Below are positions 27,253-35,525 of a DNA stretch of 64,000 bases, one piece after another. The stretch covers positions 32,157 to 96,156 of the forward strand of contig DYFB01000015.1 in NCBI GenBank assembly GCA_020725405.1, in the 5' to 3' direction. Position 1 is the stretch's first letter, and the number at the start of each line of letters is the position of its first letter. This DNA is from Symbiobacterium sp. (lineage in GTDB: Bacteria > Bacillota > Sulfobacillia > UBA995 > UBA9673). The position numbers and the translations under genes are program-made. The notes beneath the pieces were generated by a model, which did no database searches, was not told where the DNA came from, and saw only the letters and a program-made list of their open reading frames with translations.

Positions 27253-28614
27253 TTGACGACGTCTCTCTACAGGCTCCTGGCTGAACTCTGGGACGTGGCC
27301 CCCGGGCTCGTCGAAGTCGCCGAGGAGGCCGAGGAAGCGACGGAAGACCGGCGGGCCTTGTGGCGGGAGCGGGCGGACCGGGTGTTCCTGCGGGTCCTGC
27401 GGGCCTTCCAGACCGTGGGGGTCACCGAGAGCCATCTCTCGGGCTCCACAGGCTACGGCTACGACGACGCCGGTCGGGCGGCGCTGGAGGCGGTGTTCAC
27501 TCGGGTATTCGACGCGGAGGCGGCCCTGGTGCGGCCGCAGATCGTCTCCGGCACCCACGCTCTCTCCCTCTGCCTCCGGGCGGCCGTCGAGCCCGGAGAC
27601 GGCCTCGTTTCCGGGACCGGACGGCCCTACGACAGCCTCCTGCCCCAGGTCGGGGAGCTCGAGAGGTCGGGCGTCGTCTACCGGGAGGTCCCCCTCGGTC
27701 CTCGGGGAGAGGTCGCCCCCGAGCGCGTGGCCGGGGCCGTGGCCGAAGCCGCCCGGGCCGCCCGGGTCGCGCTCCGCCCCGGCGGGCGCCCGGGCGGAGC
27801 ACCCCCGCGCGTCGGCCTTTTCCTCCAGCGGTCCCGGGGCTACGAGCTTGTGCCGTCCCGGGACCTCGGGCTCATGGAGCGGGTCATCGCCCTGGCCCGG
27901 TCGGCCGCCGAGGAAGAGGGCGTCGAGCTCGTCGCGTTGGTCGACAACTGCTACGGCGAGTTCGTCGAGGACAGGGAGCCGACCGCGGTCGGAGCCGACC
28001 TGGTGGGGGGTTCGCTCATCAAGAACCCCGGAGGAGGTCTGGCTCCAACCGGGGGCTATGTGATCGGCCGAGGGCCCTTGGTCGAGAGGGCGGCCGAACT
28101 CCTAACAGCCCCGGGGCTGGGACGTCACGTCGGACCGACACTCGGCCTCGGGCGACTCCTCCTCCAGGGGCTGTTCCTTGCGCCCCGGGCGGTCGGAGCG
28201 GCTCTGGCCGGGGCGACCTTCGCCGCTGCCTTCCTGGAGTCCCTGGGGCTGGAGGTATCACCGGCCTGGGACGAGGAGAGGACAGATATCGTCCAGACCG
28301 TCGTCCTCGGCAGCCCCGAGGCGGTTCTCGCCTTCGCCCGAGGGGTTCAGGCGGCCTCCCCGGTCGACTCCACGGCCGTCCCCGTCGGCGCCGCCCTTCC
28401 GGGCTACGCCGACGCGGTGGTCATGGCCGCCGGGACCTTCGTCCAGGGCTCGTCCATCGAGGTCAGCCTGGACGCCCCCCTGCGGTCCCCGTACGCAGCC
28501 TACCTCCAGGGGGGCCTGACCGAGGCGCACCTTAAGGCGGCGGTTGTTCTCGGCACCGCGGAGCTCGAACGGGCGGGATTGCTCGACGTGTTCGCTCACC
28601 ACAGGCCCGAATAA
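27253..28614 (+). CDS. ynbB: PLP-dependent C-S lyase-like protein (YnbB / aluminium-resistance family)
   Basis: Recognised by family-level similarity (Cys/Met metabolism PLP fold). The position after hflX matches B. subtilis ynbA-ynbB. The start is TTG 27253. Confidence 0.7.
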   Translation: MTTSLYRLLAELWDVAPGLVEVAEEAEEATEDRRALWRERADRVFLRVLRAFQTVGVTESHLSGSTGYGYDDAGRAALEAVFTRVFDAEAALVRPQIVSGTHALSLCLRAAVEPGDGLVSGTGRPYDSLLPQVGELERSGVVYREVPLGPRGEVAPERVAGAVAEAARAARVALRPGGRPGGAPPRVGLFLQRSRGYELVPSRDLGLMERVIALARSAAEEEGVELVALVDNCYGEFVEDREPTAVGADLVGGSLIKNPGGGLAPTGGYVIGRGPLVERAAELLTAPGLGRHVGPTLGLGRLLLQGLFLAPRAVGAALAGATFAAAFLESLGLEVSPAWDEERTDIVQTVVLGSPEAVLAFARGVQAASPVDSTAVPVGAALPGYADAVVMAAGTFVQGSSIEVSLDAPLRSPYAAYLQGGLTEAHLKAAVVLGTAELERAGLLDVFAHHRPE

Positions 28615-28641
28615 TCATCAGGGGGAGGGGGGAGGGCGGAG

Positions 28642-29121
28642 GTGCACGCCCTGGTCATCGCCGGCGTGGTCCTGCTCATGCTCCTGGGGCTTGTCGGCAT
28701 TTTTCTCCCGATGCTGCCTGGAACGGGGCTCATCTTCGGCGGCATCCTGCTCTATGGGCTCTACGACGGGTTCCAGACCGTTACGGGGGAGTTCGTCGCG
28801 GCTATGGCCGGGCTCGCCCTCCTGGCCACGGCCACGGACTACGTGGCGGGGGCGGTCGGCGCCCGGCGGGTGCGGGCCACCCGAGCGGGCTATCTCGGCG
28901 CTGTCGTCGGGGGCATCGTCGGCGTCTTCACCCTGGGCCTCGTCGGGCTCTTCGTCGGCCCCTTCCTCGGGGCCGTCACCGGGGAGGTCGCTGGCGGAAG
29001 AACGGCCCGGCAGGCCGTCAGGGTGGGGCTGGCCACCGTGATGGGAGTCATGGGCGGGATGCTCCTCAAAGCGGCCATCGGCGTCACGATGATCGTCCTG
29101 TTCATCTTCCGGGTGACCTAG
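28642..29121 (+). CDS. DUF456-family small membrane protein
   Basis: Three or four TM helices begin VIAGVVLLMLLGLVGIFLPMLPGTGLIFGG, the typical DUF456 N-terminus. Confidence 0.65.
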   Translation: MHALVIAGVVLLMLLGLVGIFLPMLPGTGLIFGGILLYGLYDGFQTVTGEFVAAMAGLALLATATDYVAGAVGARRVRATRAGYLGAVVGGIVGVFTLGLVGLFVGPFLGAVTGEVAGGRTARQAVRVGLATVMGVMGGMLLKAAIGVTMIVLFIFRVT

Positions 29122-29151
29122 GGGAGACCTGCAGCGTCGCGGCGGCGCGCC

Positions 29152-29760
29152 CTAGAACTCCCGGATGAGGCCGATGACCTTACCCAGTATCCGTACGTCT
29201 CGGGTGACGATGGGCTCGAGGGCCGGGTTCTCGGGTTGGAGCCGGATGCCCCGCTTGTCGCGATAGAAGCGCTTGACCGTCGCCTCGTCCTCAAGGAGAG
29301 CGACGACGATGTCCCCGTCGTCAGCCGACGGCTGGGGGCGGACGATGAGAAGGTCGCCGTCGTGGATGCCGGCGCCAATCATGCTGTCCCCGCGTACCGA
29401 TAGGAGGAACGTCCCCTCGCCACCGGCGAGGTCGCGGGGGAGGGGGATGTAGTCCTCGATGTTCTCGACGGCGAGGATGGGCGTGCCGGCCGTGACCCGT
29501 CCGACGAGAGGCACGTTCACCAGGCGGTGTCGCTGGACCGCCCGCCCCTCGTCGAGGACCTCGATGGCCCGGGGCTTGGTCGGGTCGCGCCGGAGATAGC
29601 CCTTCTCCTCGAGGCGGGCGAGGTGCCCGTGGACCGTGGAACTCGAACTGAGACCCACAGCCTCACCGATCTCCCGTACTGAGGGCGGGTAGCCGCGCTC
29701 CCGGGTCTGCCTCTTGATGAACTCTAGGATCTGCTTCTGTCTGCTTGTAAGCGAGGGCAC
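29152..29760 (-). CDS. lexA: SOS repressor LexA
   Basis: The winged-helix N-terminus [34 protein letters not shown] and the S24 peptidase region (AG site, GDSM, K) are present. GTG 29760 has GAAGGAGGTG 8 nt upstream. The longer ORF to 29784 would begin 2 nt after its own -10 box. Confidence 0.9.
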   Translation of the reverse strand: MPSLTSRQKQILEFIKRQTRERGYPPSVREIGEAVGLSSSSTVHGHLARLEEKGYLRRDPTKPRAIEVLDEGRAVQRHRLVNVPLVGRVTAGTPILAVENIEDYIPLPRDLAGGEGTFLLSVRGDSMIGAGIHDGDLLIVRPQPSADDGDIVVALLEDEATVKRFYRDKRGIRLQPENPALEPIVTRDVRILGKVIGLIREF

Positions 29761-29787
29761 GGGCGACCCACCTCCTTCACTCACTGA

Positions 29788-29827
29788 TTATACGGGCGCG
29801 AGGGGCAAAAGGCAAACAGTTGTTCGC
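29788..29827 (-). promoter_or_regulatory. lexA promoter: -10 TATAAT (minus strand, 29788-29793) with the imperfect Cheo box CAAACAGTTGTTCG (29814-29827) over the -35 region
   Basis: Read directly. This is the classic autoregulatory arrangement. Confidence 0.5.
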
Positions 29828-29835
29828 TTTTTCCC

Positions 29836-29885
29836 TTGACTCGGGGCGGAGGCATGAACTAGAATCGGTGGCGAACACATGTTCG
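29836..29885 (+). promoter_or_regulatory. Divergent LexA-controlled promoter: TTGACT -18 bp- TAGAAT with a perfect Cheo box CGAACACATGTTCG (29872-29885) at the predicted transcription start
   Basis: Firmicute LexA consensus is CGAACRNRYGTTCG, and this site matches every position. The promoter points away from lexA toward the 29981 ORF. Confidence 0.65.
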
Positions 29886-29980
29886 CCGGCGGACGCCGAC
29901 GCCGACCCAGAAGGATTTAAGGCGAGTCCTTCGGTCCCAACCCGGAGGTCCGGCCCTACCCGGCGAGGGAGGAACCCCAC

Positions 29981-30154
29981 ATGCGGATTGCACTTGGTGA
30001 CGATCAACGCTACAAGTACGTGATCACGGCTCGCGCCGGACGGGGGCGGTTCGAGGGGGTCCCGTGCCGGCGCGTGTCGTCGCCGAGGCCCCGGGATAGG
30101 GGAGAGAGCCGGACCGAGGAGCCTCCGTCTCCGGCCGCGGCTCCGAGCGACTAA
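29981..30154 (+). CDS. Hypothetical 57-aa Arg-rich protein downstream of the LexA-repressed promoter. It is a candidate lineage-specific SOS-induced protein with a YneA/SosA/DivS-like genomic position.
   Basis: ATG 29981 has GGGAGGAA 6 nt upstream. Product is MRIALGDDQRYKYVITARAGRGRFEGVPCRRVSSPRPRDRGESRTEEPPSPAAAPSD. No TM segment is seen. Third-position GC is lower than in neighbouring genes, so coding status is uncertain. Confidence 0.3.
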   Translation: MRIALGDDQRYKYVITARAGRGRFEGVPCRRVSSPRPRDRGESRTEEPPSPAAAPSD

Positions 30155-30173
30155 CCGGCCGGCATTCACCAGG

Positions 30174-30187
30174 GAACAGGTGTTCGG
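30174..30187. promoter_or_regulatory. Third Cheo box GGAACAGGTGTTCGG, immediately after the small ORF at the head of a 480-bp ORF-poor region
   Basis: The GAAC-N4-GTTC core is perfect with R-N-R-Y spacer rules met. Confidence 0.55.
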
Positions 30188-30632
30188 TGCAGAGGGAGGG
30201 AGAGCCGAGCGGGCCCTGGCGGTGCGCTCCCACCCGTCTGCGGAAGGGCCAATCGGGGTTGGCGGAGACGGCGCAAACGGGTCGACCTTGGCCCGTGTCG
30301 ACCGGCGTCGCCGGAGGAGGAAACCCGGCGGACTGCCGGCGGGGTGCGGGCCCGACACCGATACCGCCGCTGAACGGCGGCCCCCCAGGGGGCCGGACCC
30401 TCGTCACTCAAGCCCGGCCCCGGCCCCGGCCGGTGTCGCACCGACCCCACCGCTGCCGCCCGAATCGCGGGGCGGATGGGTCCGGGTTCGGGCGATGCCG
30501 AAGAGGAATCGGACCGTCAGCGGCCCGGTTTCGGTTGGGTAATCCGCTAGTCTTATGCGTCCGATAATATACGTTATGTGAGCTCGTCCGAAGGACGAAC
30601 CGGCACCTGTGCCGCCGGCGGCTCTCGCAAGG

Positions 30633-31466
30633 CTAGGACCAAAGCAAACGGGCCGCGGTCTTCAGAAGAAGGTCCTCTTCAACCGTCAGCCCTTCTGACA
30701 GTCTCGCGGCGGCTACCACGGGGACCCAGGCCGCAATCTCCGCCGCGTCGAGCCCCGAGACCCGCAGGTACCGCCTTAGGTACCGGCTGTGGACACCGCC
30801 GAGCACTCCCGCCGCGAGAAGCCTCGCCGACCGACCGGGCACGTGGCGGGGGGCGCCGCGCAGGAGGACCGTGGTCCTGGCCACGTCCAGGGCCGGGAGG
30901 CCGCGCCTCGCGTCTGCCCAATCGATGATCACCGGCCCCGCGGGCCCGAGGATGATGTTCCAGGGATGGAAATCGCCGTGGCAGATCCGGTCTCCGTCGG
31001 GAAGGCCGGCGAGGGCCTCCAGGGCGGCCGCGCGGACACAATCGGGCAGCCCGGCCGCCTTATCGAGGCCGCGGCGGAGCCGTTCCTTGACCGAGGGCCA
31101 TTCCTCGGGGGCCGGGCAGGCGTTCACCACAGCGTGGAGTTCGGCGAGGAGCCCGGCCATGCGGCGGGCCTCCCAGGGGCGGGCGAGAAGACGCTGGCCC
31201 ATGCTCGGGCCGGGTATCCGCTCGAAGACAATTCCGGGCCGCCCCTGGACCGCTATGGTTCCGAAGCAAGCCGGCACGGGCAGGCCGGCTTCGCGGGCCG
31301 TCCGGGTTGCCGCCGCCTCTCTTTCGGCACCCGCGGGGTGGGTGCCCTCCCAGAAGAGCTTGAGGACCCGGTCGGGTCCCCAGGCGTGGATGTCGGCCCT
31401 GGCCCCGCGGCCGACTATCGGCCCGGGCGCCCGCGCCCGTGGTTCGGACGGCTCCAGCGTCTCCAT
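30633..31466 (-). CDS. Aminoglycoside/choline-kinase-like phosphotransferase (APH family)
   Basis: The catalytic loop HGDFHPWNIIL and DWADA match APH HGDxxxxN...D motifs. ATG 31466. Confidence 0.75.
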   Translation of the reverse strand: METLEPSEPRARAPGPIVGRGARADIHAWGPDRVLKLFWEGTHPAGAEREAAATRTAREAGLPVPACFGTIAVQGRPGIVFERIPGPSMGQRLLARPWEARRMAGLLAELHAVVNACPAPEEWPSVKERLRRGLDKAAGLPDCVRAAALEALAGLPDGDRICHGDFHPWNIILGPAGPVIIDWADARRGLPALDVARTTVLLRGAPRHVPGRSARLLAAGVLGGVHSRYLRRYLRVSGLDAAEIAAWVPVVAAARLSEGLTVEEDLLLKTAARLLWS

Positions 31467-31589
31467 CTACCTCCCACGCTTCGCTTCTTGTCCACCCCGA
31501 GTTTGCTTCCCCGAGCGGCCGGGCCGTTCCTGCAGGCAGTTCCGGTGTTCGCGCACAGTCCCGATGTTCGCGCAGGGAGGGATACCAAC

Positions 31590-31667
31590 GACCGCGCGAC
31601 CGCGCCCGTTTGGCCGACCGCGCGACCGCGCCCGTTCGGCCGACCGCGCGACCGCGCCCGTTCGGCT
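31590..31667. repeat. Tandem direct repeat, 26 bp x3 (gaccgcgcgaccgcgcccgtt[t/c]ggcc), in the divergent promoter region
   Basis: Three head-to-tail copies are read directly; the third has 1-2 substitutions. A nearby shorter repeat gttcgcgca x2 is at ~31545-31575. Confidence 0.8.
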
Positions 31668-31993
31668 GCTGGATTCCGGGTCCGTCGACGGCAGCTGTCG
31701 CTGGGCCTCACCCCTCCACCCCAGGGCGCGCCTCGGAGCGTTGACCCCTTTCCTGGACGGGAGTAAACTGGGGTATCCGGAGAAACCACAGCTGTCCGCA
31801 AGCGCCGGAATCGGAACGAATGAGGAGGTGAGCCCGGTGACTGAAGAGATGAGGGTGATGCCGTTCGGGGCGTTCGGGCTCACCTTCGGACCAGCCGTCC
31901 TCTGACCCTCCTCAGGCGTCAGCGAAGGACCAGGCCGGCCGCGAGGCGAGACGACGCCCGCGGCTTCTTCCATTCTAAGGAGGCCTGGTTTCC

Positions 31994-32284
31994 GTGTCCC
32001 GCTACAAGAACGCCGCGCGCGTCCTGCCGCCGGACCTCCTGGCCGAGGTCCAGCGCTACGCAGCCGGTGAGCAGCTCTACGTACCCCGTCCTGAAGGGGT
32101 CAGAATGGGCTGGGGTGAGCGCAACGGGGCCAGAGAGGCCCTGAGGCGCCGCAACCGTGCGATCAAACGCCTCCACCGGGAAGGCGCGACCATCGACGAG
32201 CTCATGGTGCGGTTCCACCTCGGGTACGACTCCGTACGCAAGATAGTCGGCGGAAAGAACGGCTCCTCCGGTTCGGGGGAGTGA
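31994..32284 (+). CDS. Small Mor/CD3324-family-like protein (putative DNA-binding)
   Basis: MSRYKNAARVLPPDLLAEVQRYAAGEQLYVPR...WGERNGAREALRRRNRAIKRL...ELMVRFHLGYDSVRKIV follows the pattern of the Firmicute CD3324 / Mor-activator family as I recall it. GTG 31994 has TAAGGAGG 11 nt upstream. Confidence 0.55.
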   Translation: MSRYKNAARVLPPDLLAEVQRYAAGEQLYVPRPEGVRMGWGERNGAREALRRRNRAIKRLHREGATIDELMVRFHLGYDSVRKIVGGKNGSSGSGE

Positions 32285-32449
32285 CACCGGCGGCCGGGCC
32301 GGTTAGGCTGGAGCCGCGGTCGGCCGACCGGCGGGAGCCAGAGACCGGAGGGGGGTGATGGCGTGAGAGAGACCAGCGCCGTCATCCCGGGGGAAGTGGC
32401 CCCGGGGTAGGCGGCACGGCCGGGGGGACGGGCCCGTCGGGCCCGTTCC

Positions 32450-32625
32450 CCTTCTAACCTCCCCTTCCCTCCGCTCTCCGCCGTCTTGCCTGTCAGGGCG
32501 CCTGCTCCCCTCCCCCCTCCCCTCTCCGCCGCCTCTCTCATCTCTCAAGGCGCCCGCCCTCTCCCTTCTCATCCCCCGCCCCCCTGTCCCGGGCGCCGGC
32601 CTTCCTCTCCTTGCCGGTCCGGTAA
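32450..32625 (+). repeat. About 180-bp polypyrimidine (C/T >85% on the plus strand) low-complexity tract
   Basis: A run of ccccttc / ctcccc / cctctcc units with almost no purines, strongly strand-asymmetric. There is no ORF with an RBS. Confidence 0.7.
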
Positions 32626-32668
32626 TCCTAATCACGGCCTGGAAGACCCGAACCGGGAGGCCGGCCGG

Positions 32669-32730
32669 GAGGAACTGCCGAGAGGAACGGCCCAGAGGAA
32701 CTGCCGAGAGGAACGGCCCAGAGGAACGGC
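32669..32730. repeat. Tandem direct repeat, 26 bp x2.4 (gaggaactgccgagaggaacggccca)
   Basis: Read directly. It sits 100 nt upstream of the nucleoside-phosphorylase-family gene. Confidence 0.8.
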
Positions 32731-32843
32731 GGTGACCCGGACGAAATGCTTCCCTGAGCGGTGCCGGCCGAGAGCGCGCCCCTCGAGGAGGGGGACGGGT
32801 TGTATCCCGGCCGTCAACGTGACGAGAGGTGGCTGGGCACGAC

Positions 32844-33695
32844 ATGGCCGATCACGACCGACAAGACTCCCCGCACGCGACGAGGCGGTGTCCGTCCGGG
32901 CCCCCCGACGAGGAGGAAGTACGCTTCACGCCGCGCATGTACCTCGATTACTATACGGCCGAGCGCAACCTGCGCCTCGAAGACCTGGGGGTGGCCCCTC
33001 TCGTCGTCGGGACCTGGTTTCCCGGAGTCACCGAGGGTCTCGCCCGGAAGGCGGGAGCCTCCAAGCCCGAACACTGGCCCTACGCCCATCTCGCCCTGTT
33101 CACCGGAGGGGTGGGTCGCACAAGGGTCTCCTTCGCCACCTATCCGGTCGGCGCCCCCGGCACCGTGGCCCTCATGGAGGAACTCGCGGCCGCCGGGGCC
33201 CGGTGCTTTGTCGGGCTCGGGATGGCCGGCAGCCTGCAGGAGGTCGCGCCGATCGGCTCCTTCCTGCTTCCCGGGGAGTGCCTCCGGGAGGAAGGAACCT
33301 CGGCCCACTATCTCCGACCGGGTGAGACCCCCGGCCCCGACCCCTGTCTGCGGGACGCCTTGGAGCGGGCCCTGACCGCCAGCGGGCTCACGGCTACGCG
33401 CGGCTGGCACTGGACCACCGACGCCATCTACCGCGAGTTCACCTGGAAGATCGAGAGGTACCGCGCGGAGGGTGTCCTCAGCGTGGACATGGAGACCTCG
33501 GCCATGTACGCCTTCGGGTGCCTCCGACGCCTTCCGGTGGCCAACCTTCTCGTGGTCAGCGACGAGCTCTGGCGGGAGTGGCGTCCGGGCTTCCACTCCG
33601 ACGAGCTCCGCCGCGCTCTCGGCCTTGCTTCGACAGCCATCCTTGACCACCTCACGGAGCTGGACGGGGCCTGGAGAGGGCCAACCGACGTCTGA
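32844..33695 (+). CDS. PNP/UDP-family (nucleoside phosphorylase / nucleosidase fold) protein with a ~50-aa N-terminal extension
   Basis: The C-terminal SVDMETSAMYAF matches the VDME(S/T)AA motif of the PNP_UDP_1 family, and the Gly-rich phosphate loop is FTGGVGRT. Start ATG 32844. Alternatives are GTG 32829 and ATG 32937. Confidence 0.65.
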   Translation: MADHDRQDSPHATRRCPSGPPDEEEVRFTPRMYLDYYTAERNLRLEDLGVAPLVVGTWFPGVTEGLARKAGASKPEHWPYAHLALFTGGVGRTRVSFATYPVGAPGTVALMEELAAAGARCFVGLGMAGSLQEVAPIGSFLLPGECLREEGTSAHYLRPGETPGPDPCLRDALERALTASGLTATRGWHWTTDAIYREFTWKIERYRAEGVLSVDMETSAMYAFGCLRRLPVANLLVVSDELWREWRPGFHSDELRRALGLASTAILDHLTELDGAWRGPTDV

Positions 33696-33836
33696 CCGCT
33701 CTCCTCCGCGCCCGCCACTGAATCAGCAGGCTCGCGTCCGGGCGCCGGACCCTCCCATCAGTCGACGACCAGGGAGGAGTTGCCAGGCGGTTGATGGAAA
33801 TCCCCCGTGAATCTTCTTCTGGGAAGGGGGCTTGCC

Positions 33837-34223
33837 TTGCCGGACGCCTCACGCAGCAGCGATCCAGGTCCCCTGCTGTACGTCGTCGACCCCAACCCCT
33901 TCATGGTCGAGTTGGAGCGGGCCATCCTGAAGCGGTACCGCGTGGAATCCGTCGCGGCGGATGACCTGTTCCAGGCCGTCGCCTCTTCTCGCCCGGCGGC
34001 GGTCATCGCCGAGATTCTTCTTCCGGGGACCGACGGTCTCGAACTTTGCCGGAAGTTCAAAGCCCATCCGGAGACGTCCTCGATACCCTTCATCGTCTTC
34101 AGTGTTCTCAGCGCGGAGCCCGAGGCTCTGGAAGTCGGTGCCGACGCCTTCCTGCTGAAGCCCGTCGACAGGAGGGCCTTGCTCGAGACCGTTGCGCGGC
34201 TGGTTGATGCGCGTACGGGTTAG
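33837..34223 (+). CDS. Stand-alone receiver (REC) domain protein in which the conserved phospho-acceptor Asp is replaced by Glu (AVIAEILLPGTDG), i.e. an atypical or pseudo-receiver
   Basis: CheY-like (beta-alpha)5 pattern: LLYVVDPNPF...VIAEILLPGTDGLEL...IPFIVFS...FLLKP. TTG 33837 has GGGAAGGGGG upstream. GTG 33807 is an alternative. Confidence 0.6.
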   Translation: MPDASRSSDPGPLLYVVDPNPFMVELERAILKRYRVESVAADDLFQAVASSRPAAVIAEILLPGTDGLELCRKFKAHPETSSIPFIVFSVLSAEPEALEVGADAFLLKPVDRRALLETVARLVDARTG

Positions 34224-34536
34224 GGGGCGCGCCGCGGCGGCGCTCCCCGGATTCGCAGGTGCGGAGAATGGCTCAAGCTGAGGTCCTCGGAGTTCCTTCC
34301 CGGAGTGCACCTGCTCGAGATAACCTCCGAGGGGGCCAGGGTCTTTCCCCGCCTGGGGACGATCACGCCTTCACCCTCCACACCCTCAAAACCAGGGGTG
34401 TCGCCGTCACGCCCGGTCCAGCGCTACATTCTGGACAAGACGGGGCTGGCTCAAGCTAGTCTCGAAATCACACAGCTGGGCGGTGACAAAGGAGGTTTCC
34501 GGGCTGGCGGAGACCTGTGCTGGTCGCCAACCCGGC

Positions 34537-34546
34537 TTGGTATACT
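34537..34546 (+). promoter_or_regulatory. Extended -10 element TGgTATACT upstream of ldh
   Basis: Read directly 35 nt before the ldh start. There is no good -35, which the extended -10 could compensate for. Confidence 0.35.
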
Positions 34547-34580
34547 AGCCCCGAACAGCTCGTCGAGGGGGTGGGTCGCG

Positions 34581-35525
34581 GTGCCCCGCGGCTCGGACCG
34601 GGAGACGGTCAAGATAGGGGTGGTCGGAACGGGGTTCGTCGGGTCCACCTTCGCCTATACGCTGGTTCTCACCGGTCTTGCGGCCGAAATAGTCCTCATC
34701 GACAAGAACCGGGCCAAGGCTGAGGGTGAGGAGATGGATCTGAATCACGCCGCCCCCTTCGCCCATCCGGTGCGGATCCGGGCCGGGGGTTACGAGGACC
34801 TGGCCGGAGCGGTCGTGGTCTGCATCGCGGCGGGTGTCGGGCAGCGGCCTGGCGAGGACCGGTTGAGCCTCCTCCGGCGGAACGTCGTGGTCCTGGAGGA
34901 GGTGGTCGCCGGTATCGTCCGGCACGCGCCTGAGGCCATCGTCCTCGTGGCCTCCAATCCCGTCGATATCCTCAGCTACGCCGCCTGGAAGCTCTCCGGC
35001 CTGCCCGCGGCTCGAGTCATCGGGTCCGGGACCATCCTCGACACGGCCCGGCTGCGCTCGCGATTGGGCGAGCTTTACGGCGTGGACCCGAGGAGCGTGC
35101 ACGCCCATATCGTCGGAGAACACGGCGACAGTGAGGTCCCTGCCTGGAGCCTGGCCAACATCGCCGGCGTCCGCCTCGAGGACTACGGAAGCTTCGACCC
35201 GAAGGCCCTCCGGAAGGTTTTCGAGGAAGTGCGGGATGCGGCCTACGAGATCATCGAGCGCAAGGGCGCGACCTACTACGCCATAGCCGTGGGGCTCACC
35301 CGAATCGTATCGAGCATCCTGCGAGACGAACGGTCGGTCCTCTCCGTCTCGACCCTGGTCGACGGCTATCTTGGCGTCAAGGACATCTATCTCGGCGTTC
35401 CGGCCGTCGTCGGACGCTCAGGGGTCGAGAAGGTCATCGAGCTTCCCCTTGACGACGCTGAAACCCGGGCCTTCCGGCGCTCGGCGGCCATCCTGAAGGA
35501 GCTCGCCGGCTCCCTCGGGCTCTAG
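34581..35525 (+). CDS. ldh: L-lactate dehydrogenase
   Basis: Rossmann fold KIGVVGTGFVGSTFAY, the catalytic motif IVGEHGDS and the substrate loop identify it. GTG 34581 has GAGGGGGTGG 6 nt upstream. The longer ORF from 34305 was rejected. Confidence 0.9.
   Translation: MPRGSDRETVKIGVVGTGFVGSTFAYTLVLTGLAAEIVLIDKNRAKAEGEEMDLNHAAPFAHPVRIRAGGYEDLAGAVVVCIAAGVGQRPGEDRLSLLRRNVVVLEEVVAGIVRHAPEAIVLVASNPVDILSYAAWKLSGLPAARVIGSGTILDTARLRSRLGELYGVDPRSVHAHIVGEHGDSEVPAWSLANIAGVRLEDYGSFDPKALRKVFEEVRDAAYEIIERKGATYYAIAVGLTRIVSSILRDERSVLSVSTLVDGYLGVKDIYLGVPAVVGRSGVEKVIELPLDDAETRAFRRSAAILKELAGSLGL

Noticed and set aside
27106-27558. Longer N-terminus for the solute-binding protein (ORF extends to 27558)
   Set aside because: It would place 150 non-hydrophobic residues before the signal peptide. 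GTG 27105 has a well-spaced GGAGGA and gives a normal 32-aa lipoprotein signal.
30180-30567. ORFs 30180-30542 and 30187-30567 (120 and 126 aa) inside the SOS-box region
   Set aside because: They begin inside the LexA box and have no RBS. Their translations are low-complexity Arg/Pro/Gly. I think the region is more likely non-coding RNA or regulatory.
31590-32730. Tandem repeat arrays as a possible CRISPR array
   Set aside because: There are only 2-3 copies. The units are directly adjacent with no unique spacers, differ between loci, and no cas genes are present.
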